Under the pieces are notes generated by a model. The model was not told the DNA's origin, did not search any database, and worked only from the letters and a program-made list of their open reading frames with translations. From Bdellovibrio sp. (GTDB lineage: Bacteria; Bdellovibrionota; Bdellovibrionia; Bdellovibrionales; Bdellovibrionaceae), in NCBI GenBank assembly GCA_036676395.1, contig JAKFCY010000002.1, forward strand, positions 1-64,000: 64,000 nt of DNA, given 5' to 3'. A program made the position numbers and the translations under genes. This document shows, piece after piece, positions 30,830 to 40,781 of this stretch. The first letter of the stretch is position 1; every line of letters begins with the position of its first letter.

Positions 30830-31387
30830 ATGAAAAAATTGATGGCAATCGTATTAGGTTTGATGGCTTTTTCTCAAAGCACATTTGCAGCCCCTTATTA
30901 TACAGGCATCGGTTGTAATGCTGAAGGCACGGCATGTGTTTTCGGAAAACCGTCAAAACGTGTTTTAAATTGGTCTAAAAAAGGAACGATCGCAGAGCTT
31001 GGTGCAAAGTGCGAAAAATTTTTAGAAAATATTGAAACCCGTAAAAATGTGATCGCGCAAAATCAACCAGTCGTTTTGCAATACAAAAATTTTCACTATT
31101 CTTGGTCTTCTGAATTAGAGCCAACTGGCCAAGCTAAAATTATTTGTAAAGTTGAAATTCATTCTGAATTAGAAAATGTAAAAATCGTTTCTAAAACTTA
31201 TAAAAGTATGAACTGGGTTTGTGACAATGAACAACAAGCTGGAATCTGCAAACACTACATGCGTGAATGTGAAGCGGCTCGTGATCAAGCTTTACAAGAT
31301 GGCCATGTTTTAGATGCGACGATTTATTTGGGTAGTTCGTTAGCACAAGGTCAAATTTGTTACGTAGCAGCAGCTACTTTTAAATAA
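30830..31387 (+). CDS. Secreted Cys-rich hypothetical protein
   Basis: Signal peptide ending TFA-A; 8 Cys in the mature part. Confidence 0.75.
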   Translation: MKKLMAIVLGLMAFSQSTFAAPYYTGIGCNAEGTACVFGKPSKRVLNWSKKGTIAELGAKCEKFLENIETRKNVIAQNQPVVLQYKNFHYSWSSELEPTGQAKIICKVEIHSELENVKIVSKTYKSMNWVCDNEQQAGICKHYMRECEAARDQALQDGHVLDATIYLGSSLAQGQICYVAAATFK

Positions 31388-31510
31388 TGCCTAAAAATAT
31401 CACCTAGACTTAGGTCTAGCTTATGGCTGGCCTAAGTTTTTCTAATTTCGTTTATCAACACATTTTTGTTAGCGTTTTAGCAACAGCTAAGTTCCACGGA
31501 AGGAATAAAA

Positions 31511-32470
31511 ATGTTGAAAAACATCACCAGCGTTTTTCTGATCTTGTTATCGAGTTCTCTAGTTTACGGATGGGGATCTAAAGGTCATCAAATCGTCGCT
31601 TATGTGGGAGCTAATCTTACAACAGATGGCCAGGCTTTTTGGCAGGCAAATCTTGAACCACTTAGAAAATTAACAACTGTTCCTGATCGTGTATGGAAGG
31701 CTCCGGCGACCAAAGCTGGCGAAGCCAATACACATTGGTTTCAAGTCGATGCTTATTACCAGCCTGCCGATTACAATCAAATTATTCGTTTTCCAAGCAG
31801 TTATTCTGATGCCATCACTAAATATGGTGCAAGCATGATTGAACTTAATGGCGTAGCGCCGTGGCGTATTCGTCAGTTATACCAATTAGCTTTTTACAGT
31901 TTTTTGCAAGGTGATATGAAAAGTGCTTTAGAGTATGTCGGAGTCATGACCCATTATATTGGTGATCTATCACAACCTTTACATGTCACTGAAAATTATG
32001 ACGGCCAACAAAGCGGCAACAAAGGAATTCATTCTTACTTTGAAACCACAGTTATTAAAGACGAAATAAAAGTGCGCGTGGATGTTGAAAAAAAGGCACA
32101 ACGTCTACTGGCTGATGCCAGTTTTTTAAGTCAATTTAATGGCAATCTGATGGATGCGATTTTATTAGAAGTCGAAAGATCAGTTTCTTTTCGTGATCAA
32201 GTTCTGCAAAACGATGATAAGTACGGTCGCAGTAAAAATGGCGCAAGTATTCAATTAGAATTAGCTAAAGATCGCATGGCCGATGCGGCGGCAACGACAG
32301 CGATGATTTTAAATCAGTTATGGCGCGATACCGGTCTTGTGGCCCAGGCCACACCGATGACGATTCAAGATCCAAAATGGGTGAAGCCGGATTTTAATAA
32401 TTTACCCGAAGAGCGCATGACACCAATTCATCAGAGATTTTTATCTGATGAATTGGATTGTTCACTTTAA
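31511..32470 (+). CDS. S1/P1 nuclease / Zn-dependent phospholipase C fold protein, secreted
   Basis: Mature N-terminus WGSKGH, PD, HW, HYIGDLSQPLH, IHSYFE. Confidence 0.85.
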   Translation: MLKNITSVFLILLSSSLVYGWGSKGHQIVAYVGANLTTDGQAFWQANLEPLRKLTTVPDRVWKAPATKAGEANTHWFQVDAYYQPADYNQIIRFPSSYSDAITKYGASMIELNGVAPWRIRQLYQLAFYSFLQGDMKSALEYVGVMTHYIGDLSQPLHVTENYDGQQSGNKGIHSYFETTVIKDEIKVRVDVEKKAQRLLADASFLSQFNGNLMDAILLEVERSVSFRDQVLQNDDKYGRSKNGASIQLELAKDRMADAAATTAMILNQLWRDTGLVAQATPMTIQDPKWVKPDFNNLPEERMTPIHQRFLSDELDCSL

Positions 32471-34038
32471 TTCGCAGGCTGAATCGTCGGCCCGATTTCA
32501 CCTTCGGCGTGTTTTAGGCCGTCGTGTGAATGGGTAAAATGCCCTGAATACCAGAAGACTAAATTCTGCTCTGCTAAGATTTCTCCTCCTACAAAACTAT
32601 TCAGCGCAGCGCGAGTTGAAGTGCGAATGCGGTTATCATCAATTTCATTAGACTTATAACGAAGTAACCAAGCATCAGCGACACCGTAATAGTCGGCTTG
32701 GCTGTCATGATCACCCGGAACAATATCATAAGCATCATTTTCTGCATTAGTGATGCGCCAGAATTGATTGTTCAGATTTTTTTTAAACATCACTTCTTGA
32801 TTCACCGGTCTGAAAATTTCACCATCTGACACTTGCGCCGAATTGGGGATTCCGCCGATATCAAAATCAAAACGCCAATAGACATGATGGTGATGGGTGT
32901 AACAGACACAAGAGTTTCTGACTGCTGAAAATTGAAATACCGGCTTAATTTCGCCATTATTATAAAGTTCAAATTTACTGGCGTAGCGGTACCAGCCTGC
33001 CGAGATCTCTGTGACTAAAGTTACTTTTTCTTCGGTTTGGTAAATCGCGACGCCGCGAAAGTTACCGCGGTCATTGCCGGTATCAAAAATAGTGGTTGGC
33101 GGCTGATGGGTAATGCGAATTCCGGGAGCTTGATCACTGCCGAAAGCCGTAAAATAATTCTCAGCATAAGCCCAATCACGGTAAGGGCCACACATATTCC
33201 CCGAGTACTGCACATTTAAAATTGGAGTATGCGCACGAGTTAAAATTAATTTTCCTTTATAATAAACATTTTTGATTTCTAAACCTGAACCTTTGCTTCC
33301 TGACGAAGCCGACGGGCGAACCACGACGAAATTCCATAAAGGGCCCTCATCATTTGAAATATTAATTTCAGCAGAGCCCGCGCGGCCTTTACCTGTTACC
33401 GACTGACCGGCATTTGCTAAACCACAAACTGCTTCAGTAGCTAGCGAAGTCGGCGGAGCTTTTTCAGGAAAGCGCACCACAGTTAATGTGCTTAGGTTCA
33501 CACCGACAATTTCATGAATCGTAGAATCTGTTTTTGAAGCGATACCAACCCCAATTACCCGCGGCCCACCAAAACCACGCAGCATTTCGACGGTAGGCAC
33601 TGTGCTAGGCATGGGCTCATAAGTAAATAACTCTCTGCTGATTAAACCATTTGAGAATTCTGAATCCTGCAGTAATAAATTAACAGCTTCTTCGAATTCT
33701 TCAGGCGTAGCGGCCACGTCTTCAATGGTGGGTTGTATTTTGGGAGCAATTGTAAAATCAATGGGGCCAGTTAAGCGCAACATTGTTAAATCAGTGTAAT
33801 TAAAGATACACACATCATAATCAAGCCCTGATGCTAAGGCCCGTTCGCTGAGTTCAGATGTAATTAGTCGATAATCTTTTTGATCGAGTATTTTTATGAC
33901 GTCAGGATGAGCTAAAAGTTTTTCAACGACTTTTGAGCGGTCTTCATCGGTTGGTCCGATTTGCCTCGCAGTTATTTTTGTCGTGTCAGCATGAGAAAAA
34001 AATCCACAAAACAAAGCAGCAAAAAAATATTTAAACAT
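32467..34038 (-). CDS. Secreted copper-amine-oxidase-like protein
   Basis: Signal peptide; ISAGWYRY, HHHHVYWRFDFDIGG and NLVFWYSGHFTH resemble CAO catalytic-domain motifs. Confidence 0.6.
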   Translation of the reverse strand: MFKYFFAALFCGFFSHADTTKITARQIGPTDEDRSKVVEKLLAHPDVIKILDQKDYRLITSELSERALASGLDYDVCIFNYTDLTMLRLTGPIDFTIAPKIQPTIEDVAATPEEFEEAVNLLLQDSEFSNGLISRELFTYEPMPSTVPTVEMLRGFGGPRVIGVGIASKTDSTIHEIVGVNLSTLTVVRFPEKAPPTSLATEAVCGLANAGQSVTGKGRAGSAEINISNDEGPLWNFVVVRPSASSGSKGSGLEIKNVYYKGKLILTRAHTPILNVQYSGNMCGPYRDWAYAENYFTAFGSDQAPGIRITHQPPTTIFDTGNDRGNFRGVAIYQTEEKVTLVTEISAGWYRYASKFELYNNGEIKPVFQFSAVRNSCVCYTHHHHVYWRFDFDIGGIPNSAQVSDGEIFRPVNQEVMFKKNLNNQFWRITNAENDAYDIVPGDHDSQADYYGVADAWLLRYKSNEIDDNRIRTSTRAALNSFVGGEILAEQNLVFWYSGHFTHSHDGLKHAEGEIGPTIQPAN

Positions 34039-34074
34039 GAATTATCCTTTGTGAGTTTGAAACGAACTAAAAAA

Positions 34075-34090
34075 AGCAAAGCCAGTGCCA
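34075..34090 (-). promoter_or_regulatory. Candidate sigma54 promoter of CAO-like gene
   Basis: Minus strand TGGCACTGGCTTTGCT, near-consensus TGGCAC-N5-TTGC. Confidence 0.7.
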
Positions 34091-34098
34091 CTGATACG

Positions 34099-35976
34099 TT
34101 AGTGGTCTAAAGGATATTCAGCAGGAGGGTTGGTCAAACGTGCATGCCCATGTTTTTTCCAGAGATCCATCAGGGCGTGTTCATTTAAGGTTTCTGAAAC
34201 TTGTAAGATTTTAACCGCTTCAATAATAAAGGTTTTATTTCGCGTTAAAGTCTCAGTGGCGCGCGAGAAACAATGATCTAGAATGGCACGCACTTCTTGG
34301 TCTACATCTGAAGCGGTGCGATCACTTAAAAGTTTTCCGCCAGCTTCATAAGGGTTTTGTAAATAAGGTGAACGTTTATTTTCTAAAGTGACCATGCCAA
34401 TTTTTTCACTCATCCCAAATTGAGTAACCATAGCACGTGCTAAATCAGTAGCTTTGGCTAAATCATCACTGGCGCCAGTAGATATTTTTTCGCAAAAAAT
34501 AGCTTCAGAACATCGGCCCCCTAAAAGAACTGCGATTTTATCAAATAGCTCGTCTTCATCTAACACATAACGATCTTCGGTAGGGCGCTGAATGGTGTAA
34601 CCTAAAGCGCCCATGCCACGGGGAATAACGCTGACTTTGTGCACTTTATCTGTGGTGCTCAATGCTAATGCTACAGTCGCGTGACCCATTTCATGATAGG
34701 CAATGCGCCGTTTTTCTTTTTCGTTCATGACTTTGCCTTTTTTTTCTAATCCGGCAATCAAACGTTCTATGGCTTGGGTGAAATCATCTTCAACGACGAA
34801 GTCAGCATTTCTTCTGGTCGCAACGATAGCGGCTTCATTTACTAAATTAGCTAAATCTGCTCCTGAAAATCCAGAAGTGAGTGAAGCTATATGATTTAAA
34901 TCAATATTTGGATCAAGAGTGATACGTTTGACATGCACTTTCAAAATTTGTAAACGCCCGACCTGATCAGGCGCACTTAATAAAATCTGGCGATCAAAAC
35001 GACCGGCGCGCAGCAATGCAGGATCTAAAATTTCAGGGCGATTTGTGGCAGCAATCATAATCACACCTTCAGAACTATCAAAGCCATCCATCTCGGCTAA
35101 GAGCTGATTCAGTGTTTGTTCTTTTTCGTCGTTACCCCCGCCGCCGATCACGCCAAAAGCGCGCGATTTTCCTAAGGCATCAATTTCATCAATGAATAAT
35201 AAACAGGGGGCTTGGGCGCGGGCTTGTTCAAATAAATCCCGTACCCGGGCAGCACCAAGGCCAACAAACATTTCGACAAATTCTGAACCGTTAATAGAAA
35301 AAAAAGTGACTTTAGCTTCACCTGCAACGGCGCGGGCTAATAAAGTTTTTCCAGTTCCTGGCGGGCCAACTAATAAAACCCCTTTGGGGGCACGGCCGCC
35401 CAAGCGACTGTAGCGTGATGGATCTTGTAAGAAATTAACGATTTCAGCTAATTCATCTTTGGCTTCATCAACGCCGGCCACATCAGAAAAAGTAGTCTTG
35501 ACCCCTTTTTCCATATAAATTTTTGCGCGTGATTTGGTTAAAGATAAAATACCACTGGCTCCGCGGCCCATTCCGCGGGCAGCAATACTAAATAAAAAAT
35601 AAATGAATAAAATGGGAATCAGCCACGCAAACGCGATTCGCCAAAATGGATCTTTGAATTCACTGCGAAAGGTTACATTATTATCATGCAGTCGCTGCAC
35701 TAGGTTTTCATCTGGCGCTAAATTGGTTGTAAAAGTTTTTGCATTATTCGGATCGGCATTTTTAATTTCACCGCGCACCGAGGATTCGGTGATGACGATA
35801 TTGTTAATTTCATTTTTATCTAAGAGCAGCAGAAATTCGCTGTAGGGGATAGTTTCTGCGCGTGAGCGGAAGAGATAACTATTAAAAACAATGATGGCCA
35901 GTAAAACCATGAACATTACGCCAAAATTCATTTTGTTATCGACTAATTTGTTGGGTTTTGGTTGGTCGTCTTGCAT
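34099..35976 (-). CDS. ftsH: ATP-dependent zinc metalloprotease FtsH
   Basis: 2 [34 protein letters not shown]. Confidence 0.95.
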   Translation of the reverse strand: MQDDQPKPNKLVDNKMNFGVMFMVLLAIIVFNSYLFRSRAETIPYSEFLLLLDKNEINNIVITESSVRGEIKNADPNNAKTFTTNLAPDENLVQRLHDNNVTFRSEFKDPFWRIAFAWLIPILFIYFLFSIAARGMGRGASGILSLTKSRAKIYMEKGVKTTFSDVAGVDEAKDELAEIVNFLQDPSRYSRLGGRAPKGVLLVGPPGTGKTLLARAVAGEAKVTFFSINGSEFVEMFVGLGAARVRDLFEQARAQAPCLLFIDEIDALGKSRAFGVIGGGGNDEKEQTLNQLLAEMDGFDSSEGVIMIAATNRPEILDPALLRAGRFDRQILLSAPDQVGRLQILKVHVKRITLDPNIDLNHIASLTSGFSGADLANLVNEAAIVATRRNADFVVEDDFTQAIERLIAGLEKKGKVMNEKEKRRIAYHEMGHATVALALSTTDKVHKVSVIPRGMGALGYTIQRPTEDRYVLDEDELFDKIAVLLGGRCSEAIFCEKISTGASDDLAKATDLARAMVTQFGMSEKIGMVTLENKRSPYLQNPYEAGGKLLSDRTASDVDQEVRAILDHCFSRATETLTRNKTFIIEAVKILQVSETLNEHALMDLWKKHGHARLTNPPAEYPLDH

Positions 35977-36147
35977 GCCGAAAAACTAAAGGTTCAAATT
36001 CTATTCCATCAGCGCAGGCGATAAGGGCCAATACATCCAGCAAGCGAGGCAACTTAGTTTAAACTAAACTAAGTCTTGAGACATTTTAAGACAAATAAAA
36101 ATGCGTTTAGTTGACGAAACCCCCGTCGACGCGTGTAGGATTAGCCA

Positions 36148-36789
36148 GTGTCGTCAATTAATCATTATCCTACTTTTCACTATTCACAGCCCAGTGAATA
36201 CCATTTCAGTCATGATTCGGTATTTTTGGCCCGCGAAGTTTATGAGCGTCATGGTGATCAATTAGCCAAAGACGGGATTAAGATTCTGGATCTGTGCGCC
36301 GGTTGCGGGGTTGTCGGTATGGATTTACTGTTTCATCAACTCAAAGAAAAGACTTTTGCCGGTGAAATTGATTTTTTAGAAATTCAATCTGTCTATGAAT
36401 CTCACTGGGCAAAAAATAAAGAAATTATGCAGGGGTATTTTCCGGATAACCCGCTTAATTTTAATTTCATTCTACAAAATTATGCACAGGTAACTTCGCC
36501 TAAAAAATATGATTTCATTTTATCAAACCCACCGTATTTTCTAATCGGGCAGGGTGTAAAATCGCCGAGCGAGTTTAAAAATCGTTGCCGCTTTTTTATG
36601 GATGCTGATTGGCAGGCGATGTTGTGTTTTATGCAGGCTTCGCTAAAACCTGAAGGTCAGGCTTATTTTTTAGTACGCGACGAGCTTAAAGATATTATCA
36701 GCCGACAGCCGGCCAGTGAAGTGACTTTTCCTTTCAAAGTGCGCACCGCCTGGGTTGCACACATGAAAAAATTAACATCTATAGACTAA
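36148..36789 (+). CDS. Adenine N6-methyltransferase, YfiC/TrmN6-like
   Basis: YSQP..YHFSHDSVFLA, LDLCAGCG, SNPPYF. Confidence 0.75.
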   Translation: MSSINHYPTFHYSQPSEYHFSHDSVFLAREVYERHGDQLAKDGIKILDLCAGCGVVGMDLLFHQLKEKTFAGEIDFLEIQSVYESHWAKNKEIMQGYFPDNPLNFNFILQNYAQVTSPKKYDFILSNPPYFLIGQGVKSPSEFKNRCRFFMDADWQAMLCFMQASLKPEGQAYFLVRDELKDIISRQPASEVTFPFKVRTAWVAHMKKLTSID

Positions 36790-37372
36790 AAGCTTTTTTA
36801 ACTTTTTTAGTCGGGCGTTTAAAGCCAGAGCGAAAATCTAAAATTTCATTTTGCATATGGTTAAAGTAATAACTTAATTGCACCATTGTTCCGAATTGTT
36901 CAGCCAACTCAAAATGGGTGATTTTAAATCCAGCTTTAAGTTTAGCAATGATGATGTCGTTGTTGGTGATAACATGACGACTGTAGATGCGCGTAAAACC
37001 TTTGGCTTTAATACGTTTCAGAGTCTCTTGCATTAAACAGGTGTATAAACCTTTTTTACGGTGGGTAGGTAAAATGGCAGAATTACACATATAGTAAACT
37101 GTGGCGCTTTCTTGAAAGCCCCAGCTCCAGCCGACAAATTTATTTTTATAATAAAGCCCCAGATTAAGTTTAAAAGCTTTGGGATTTTTAAAGTCAGCGC
37201 GCAACTTAGTCTGTCTGGTTAAATCGAGTTTGCTGAACACTTCTTTAGGCAGATAAAACATCGACACGTCGTTGAAAATTTTCTTAGCCGGGCGCGTCCA
37301 CAAATTCCAGAATTGAGCGTCAGGAATTTCTCTAATTTCGTAGCCTACCGGAAGCTTGTATTTTAAACTCAT
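36779..37372 (-). CDS. GNAT family N-acetyltransferase
   Basis: SAILPTHRKKGLY acetyl-CoA motif A. Confidence 0.8.
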   Translation of the reverse strand: MSLKYKLPVGYEIREIPDAQFWNLWTRPAKKIFNDVSMFYLPKEVFSKLDLTRQTKLRADFKNPKAFKLNLGLYYKNKFVGWSWGFQESATVYYMCNSAILPTHRKKGLYTCLMQETLKRIKAKGFTRIYSRHVITNNDIIIAKLKAGFKITHFELAEQFGTMVQLSYYFNHMQNEILDFRSGFKRPTKKVKKAFSL

Positions 37373-37385
37373 TACAGAAGTATAT

Positions 37386-38027
37386 ATGAGTCAAAAAAGC
37401 GCCGTCAGTAAAATTAATAGTCGCGGAGCCTTATTGGTGTTTCCGATCAATAATAAAAAAGAACCAGCTTCTTTGTGGTCTGAGTTTTACCCAAAATCTA
37501 AAATGCGTTGGGAGTGGGATACCGACGGCGATGACCGTGTCGGTAAACTTTGGACGTTAATGAAAAAACTTTCGGATAGCCGTGAAGTCGTCTATTCAAA
37601 GTGGTATCAAGGCAGGGCTACGTTTTTTTCGCGTAAGCTGTTTACCGCGCTATTATGTAAGTCTTTACAGGATTTCGATGAGCCGCACCTGTCTCATACT
37701 GCAAAAAATCTATTAGACACTTTAGAAAGTGATTCGCCATTATCAACGAAACAATTAAAACAAATCACCGAGCTGCGTGGTAAAGATAATGAGCGTTTCT
37801 ATAATCGGGGTATGAAAGAGTTATTCTCGAAATTTCTAATTGTCGCGTTTGGCGAAGTGGATGATGGAGCTTTTCCATCGTTAGCTGTAGGTGCGACAAA
37901 GAATTTGTATGAAGATTTATTAACTGATGCGCGTGTGATGCGTGTGACAGAAGCTGATAAGATCATTAACGAGTATTTACCTGAAGGTAATCTGTTTCGT
38001 AAACAATTGGATAAGAGAGTAAAATGA
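37386..38027 (+). CDS. AlkZ-related winged-helix protein
   Basis: SLW..LWTLMKKL..VVYSKWYQGRATFFS..LESDSPLSTKQLK. Confidence 0.55.
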   Translation: MSQKSAVSKINSRGALLVFPINNKKEPASLWSEFYPKSKMRWEWDTDGDDRVGKLWTLMKKLSDSREVVYSKWYQGRATFFSRKLFTALLCKSLQDFDEPHLSHTAKNLLDTLESDSPLSTKQLKQITELRGKDNERFYNRGMKELFSKFLIVAFGEVDDGAFPSLAVGATKNLYEDLLTDARVMRVTEADKIINEYLPEGNLFRKQLDKRVK

Positions 38028-38674
38028 AAACTGCAGTAATTATTGGTTCAACAGGACTTGTCGGCACAGAACTTATTCATGCATTAGGCCGCCATTATGA
38101 TAAAATATTCGTAATTACTCGTCGTCGGGTTGAATTTATTGATGCAAAAGTTGAACCCGTGGTTTTAGCCTTTGAACAATTAGAAGAACAAATGTTTCCT
38201 GCAGCTGCAGATTATTTTTGCGCGTTAGGAACCACAATCAAACAAGCGGGATCACAAGCTGAATTTCGTAAAGTTGATTACGACTATGTTTTAAGTTTTG
38301 CTAAAGTAGCAAAAAAATGTGCGGCGAATTCATTTCACATGGTTTCAGCATTGGGCGCTAGCACGACATCGACAAATTTTTATTCACGCACCAAAGGCGA
38401 AATCGAAAAAGCTGTCTCAGCTTTAGAATTAAAAAAACTTCGTATTTATCAGCCAAGTTTGTTAATCGGTAAACGAGATAAACTAGGTCAACCCACCAGA
38501 TTAGGTGAAGAGATTGTTACGGCTCTTTATCACAAAGGCAAATTTTTATTTTCAGGTATATTACGAAAATATGAACCTATTACTGCGGAGAAAGTCGCTT
38601 CAGCTATGGTCAAGAATGCCATAGCTGATTCAGAAAAAGCGAAAATGATTATTTCAAATCAAGAAATGCACTAG
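38024..38674 (+). CDS. NAD(P)H-binding oxidoreductase (YraR/TIP30-like)
   Basis: GSTGLVG, CALGTTIKQAGS..FRKVDY, FYSRTKGEIE. Confidence 0.88.
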   Translation: MKTAVIIGSTGLVGTELIHALGRHYDKIFVITRRRVEFIDAKVEPVVLAFEQLEEQMFPAAADYFCALGTTIKQAGSQAEFRKVDYDYVLSFAKVAKKCAANSFHMVSALGASTTSTNFYSRTKGEIEKAVSALELKKLRIYQPSLLIGKRDKLGQPTRLGEEIVTALYHKGKFLFSGILRKYEPITAEKVASAMVKNAIADSEKAKMIISNQEMH

Positions 38675-39177
38675 TGATGTTGGTGTTCAGCTTCTGTTAA
38701 CGAAATAAACGGCGCAGGTTTTGTGCTATCAGCAGCTTCTGCCCATTTAGTTTCACCTTTTTTGCAAGTTTGAATCACCGGAAAAGCTAATTTAGCTTCT
38801 TTAGTTTCTGGTAATTTAAGACTTAAACCAAATTCATCCATATGTTCATCTGGTAATACGCCACCAGACCAAGTCACTTCTGAAATCGTTTCAGTGATTT
38901 CTTTGCTGTGTGAAGTGATTGGTTTAGCTAGTTTTACTTTTTTAGTTGTGATCTTCCAGCCAGCGTGAACTTGTGGTTTTACTGACAAACTATTTTCAGG
39001 AATCATGACGGTGATTTTTGTGGTCGCTGAACCATCGCAACCATGGGGTACGCGAAAGGTCAATTTTGCGTAACCGCCAGCTGCTGCGGCTTTTGGCTCA
39101 ACACCTACATGGGCTAAAGTATTAATCGAAAATAAGAATGAGATAAGTATTGTAAGATTTTTCATGAGTAATTTCAT
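38671..39177 (-). CDS. YcnI/DUF1775 family copper-binding exported protein
   Basis: Signal peptide then HV, FRVPHGC, GW, VTWSGG, FPVIQTC..W; start 39177 or 39165. Confidence 0.85.
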   Translation of the reverse strand: MKLLMKNLTILISFLFSINTLAHVGVEPKAAAAGGYAKLTFRVPHGCDGSATTKITVMIPENSLSVKPQVHAGWKITTKKVKLAKPITSHSKEITETISEVTWSGGVLPDEHMDEFGLSLKLPETKEAKLAFPVIQTCKKGETKWAEAADSTKPAPFISLTEAEHQHH

Positions 39178-39287
39178 ACGCCTATGTTGTGTTGGCCGCA
39201 AATAAAACATTAAGTCGAGGTCCACAAATGCCACATTACAACATAGAAACTATTATGCTAAAGTTTTAGCTCTCAGAAAGAGGATTT

Positions 39288-39821
39288 ATGGCTAAAAAAA
39301 TACTTTTAAGTCTTGTGGTCGTGATTGTTTTATTCTTAGGTTTTGTTTCAACTCGTAACGGTAAATTTAATTATGAAAGAAGTGTTGTGATCAATGCGCC
39401 TGCTGAAAAAATATATCCTTATTTGAGCAATTTTAAATTAGGCTCGCAGTGGAATCCTTTTGATCAAAAAGATCCAAATTTGAAACGCACTTTTTTAGGC
39501 AACGACGGCGAAGTTGGTTCTGCCATGAACTTTGAAGGTAACAACGAAGCAGGTAGCGGAAAATTAGAAATGTTAAGTTTGATTCCAAACACAGAAGCGC
39601 AGATCAAACTGACAATGACTAAGCCTTGGAAAGCTGAAAATTTAATTATTTATAAGCTAGCTCCAGAAGATGCGAGCACTCGTTTTACCTGGACGATGAG
39701 TGGTGATGGCGGTTTTATGGGTAAATTAATGATGACCCTAATAGATTGCGAAAAAATGGTGACCGATGAATTTGAAAAAGGCTTTCAAAATTTAAAATTT
39801 ATTATTGAAAATAAAAAATAG
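39288..39821 (+). CDS. SRPBCC family protein with N-terminal anchor
   Basis: ERSVVINAPAEKIY..WNPF..DP..FEKGFQNLK. Confidence 0.88.
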   Translation: MAKKILLSLVVVIVLFLGFVSTRNGKFNYERSVVINAPAEKIYPYLSNFKLGSQWNPFDQKDPNLKRTFLGNDGEVGSAMNFEGNNEAGSGKLEMLSLIPNTEAQIKLTMTKPWKAENLIIYKLAPEDASTRFTWTMSGDGGFMGKLMMTLIDCEKMVTDEFEKGFQNLKFIIENKK

Positions 39822-39830
39822 GATTTACAT

Positions 39831-40781
39831 ATGAAATTAACAACCAATCAAGATTTAAAACAGTTTCCTGAATCACATTATGTATTTATTGAAAAAATTG
39901 GTCCGTTTCAAGAGACCGCAATGGCTGCTTGGCAAGAATTGCATAACCATCTAGAAACAATCGGATCTAATCACAAAATCACGGGTTATTTCAGCCAATA
40001 TAAAGTTCAGCCGCAAATGATTTATCGTGCCGGTGTAGCCGTAGATCAAAAGCCTGTGGCATTACCAGAAGGATTTAAATACGAAAGATTCGACGGCGGC
40101 GTTTATCAGCGCTATACTTTAACTGGTGGATATCAAAATTTGCCAGAAGCTTGTGGTGTGGTGTTTGCGCTCGTCGAAAAAGAAAAAATACCGATGCGTC
40201 CTGATTGGTTTGTTGAAAATTATATTAATAGCCCCAAAGAAACCGCCGAAGAAAATTTAATCACCGAAATTTTAATTCCAACCACTTCAGAGATTAAACC
40301 TTTTACAATTAGTCGTGAGTTTAATGCGTCAAAAGATTTAATGTGGAAGTGCTGGACTGAGATGTCACATTTAGAAAAATGGTCTGGTCCAAAAGGTTCA
40401 AAGTTAAAACAATCAACCCACGACTTTAAAACGGGCGCGACAAATCATTACTGCATGACGACTCCTGATGGCCAAGAAACCTGGGGTATACAAGTATTTC
40501 GCGACATCGTAAAACCTGATCGTTATGTTTATATAAATAGCTTTGCAGATGCTAAGGGCAACAGTGCTCGTCACCCGATGAGTGCCACTTGGCCATTAGA
40601 AATGCTGACAACAATCACGTTAACGAGTTTCGGGACAAAGACTCAAGTGACGATTGAGTGGATGCCCATGGACGCTAACGCCGAAGAAATTAAAACTTTC
40701 AACGACGCTCATGAAGGTATGAAAATGGGTTGGGATGGTTCTTTAGATACTCTTGAAGAGTATCTAAAGACTTTAACTTAA
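39831..40781 (+). CDS. GyrI-like domain fused to SRPBCC/AHSA1 domain
   Basis: N half GPF..YRAGV..GGY..ENYINSP..TEILIP; C half SREFNAS..WSGPKG..GWDGSLDTL. Confidence 0.82.
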   Translation: MKLTTNQDLKQFPESHYVFIEKIGPFQETAMAAWQELHNHLETIGSNHKITGYFSQYKVQPQMIYRAGVAVDQKPVALPEGFKYERFDGGVYQRYTLTGGYQNLPEACGVVFALVEKEKIPMRPDWFVENYINSPKETAEENLITEILIPTTSEIKPFTISREFNASKDLMWKCWTEMSHLEKWSGPKGSKLKQSTHDFKTGATNHYCMTTPDGQETWGIQVFRDIVKPDRYVYINSFADAKGNSARHPMSATWPLEMLTTITLTSFGTKTQVTIEWMPMDANAEEIKTFNDAHEGMKMGWDGSLDTLEEYLKTLT

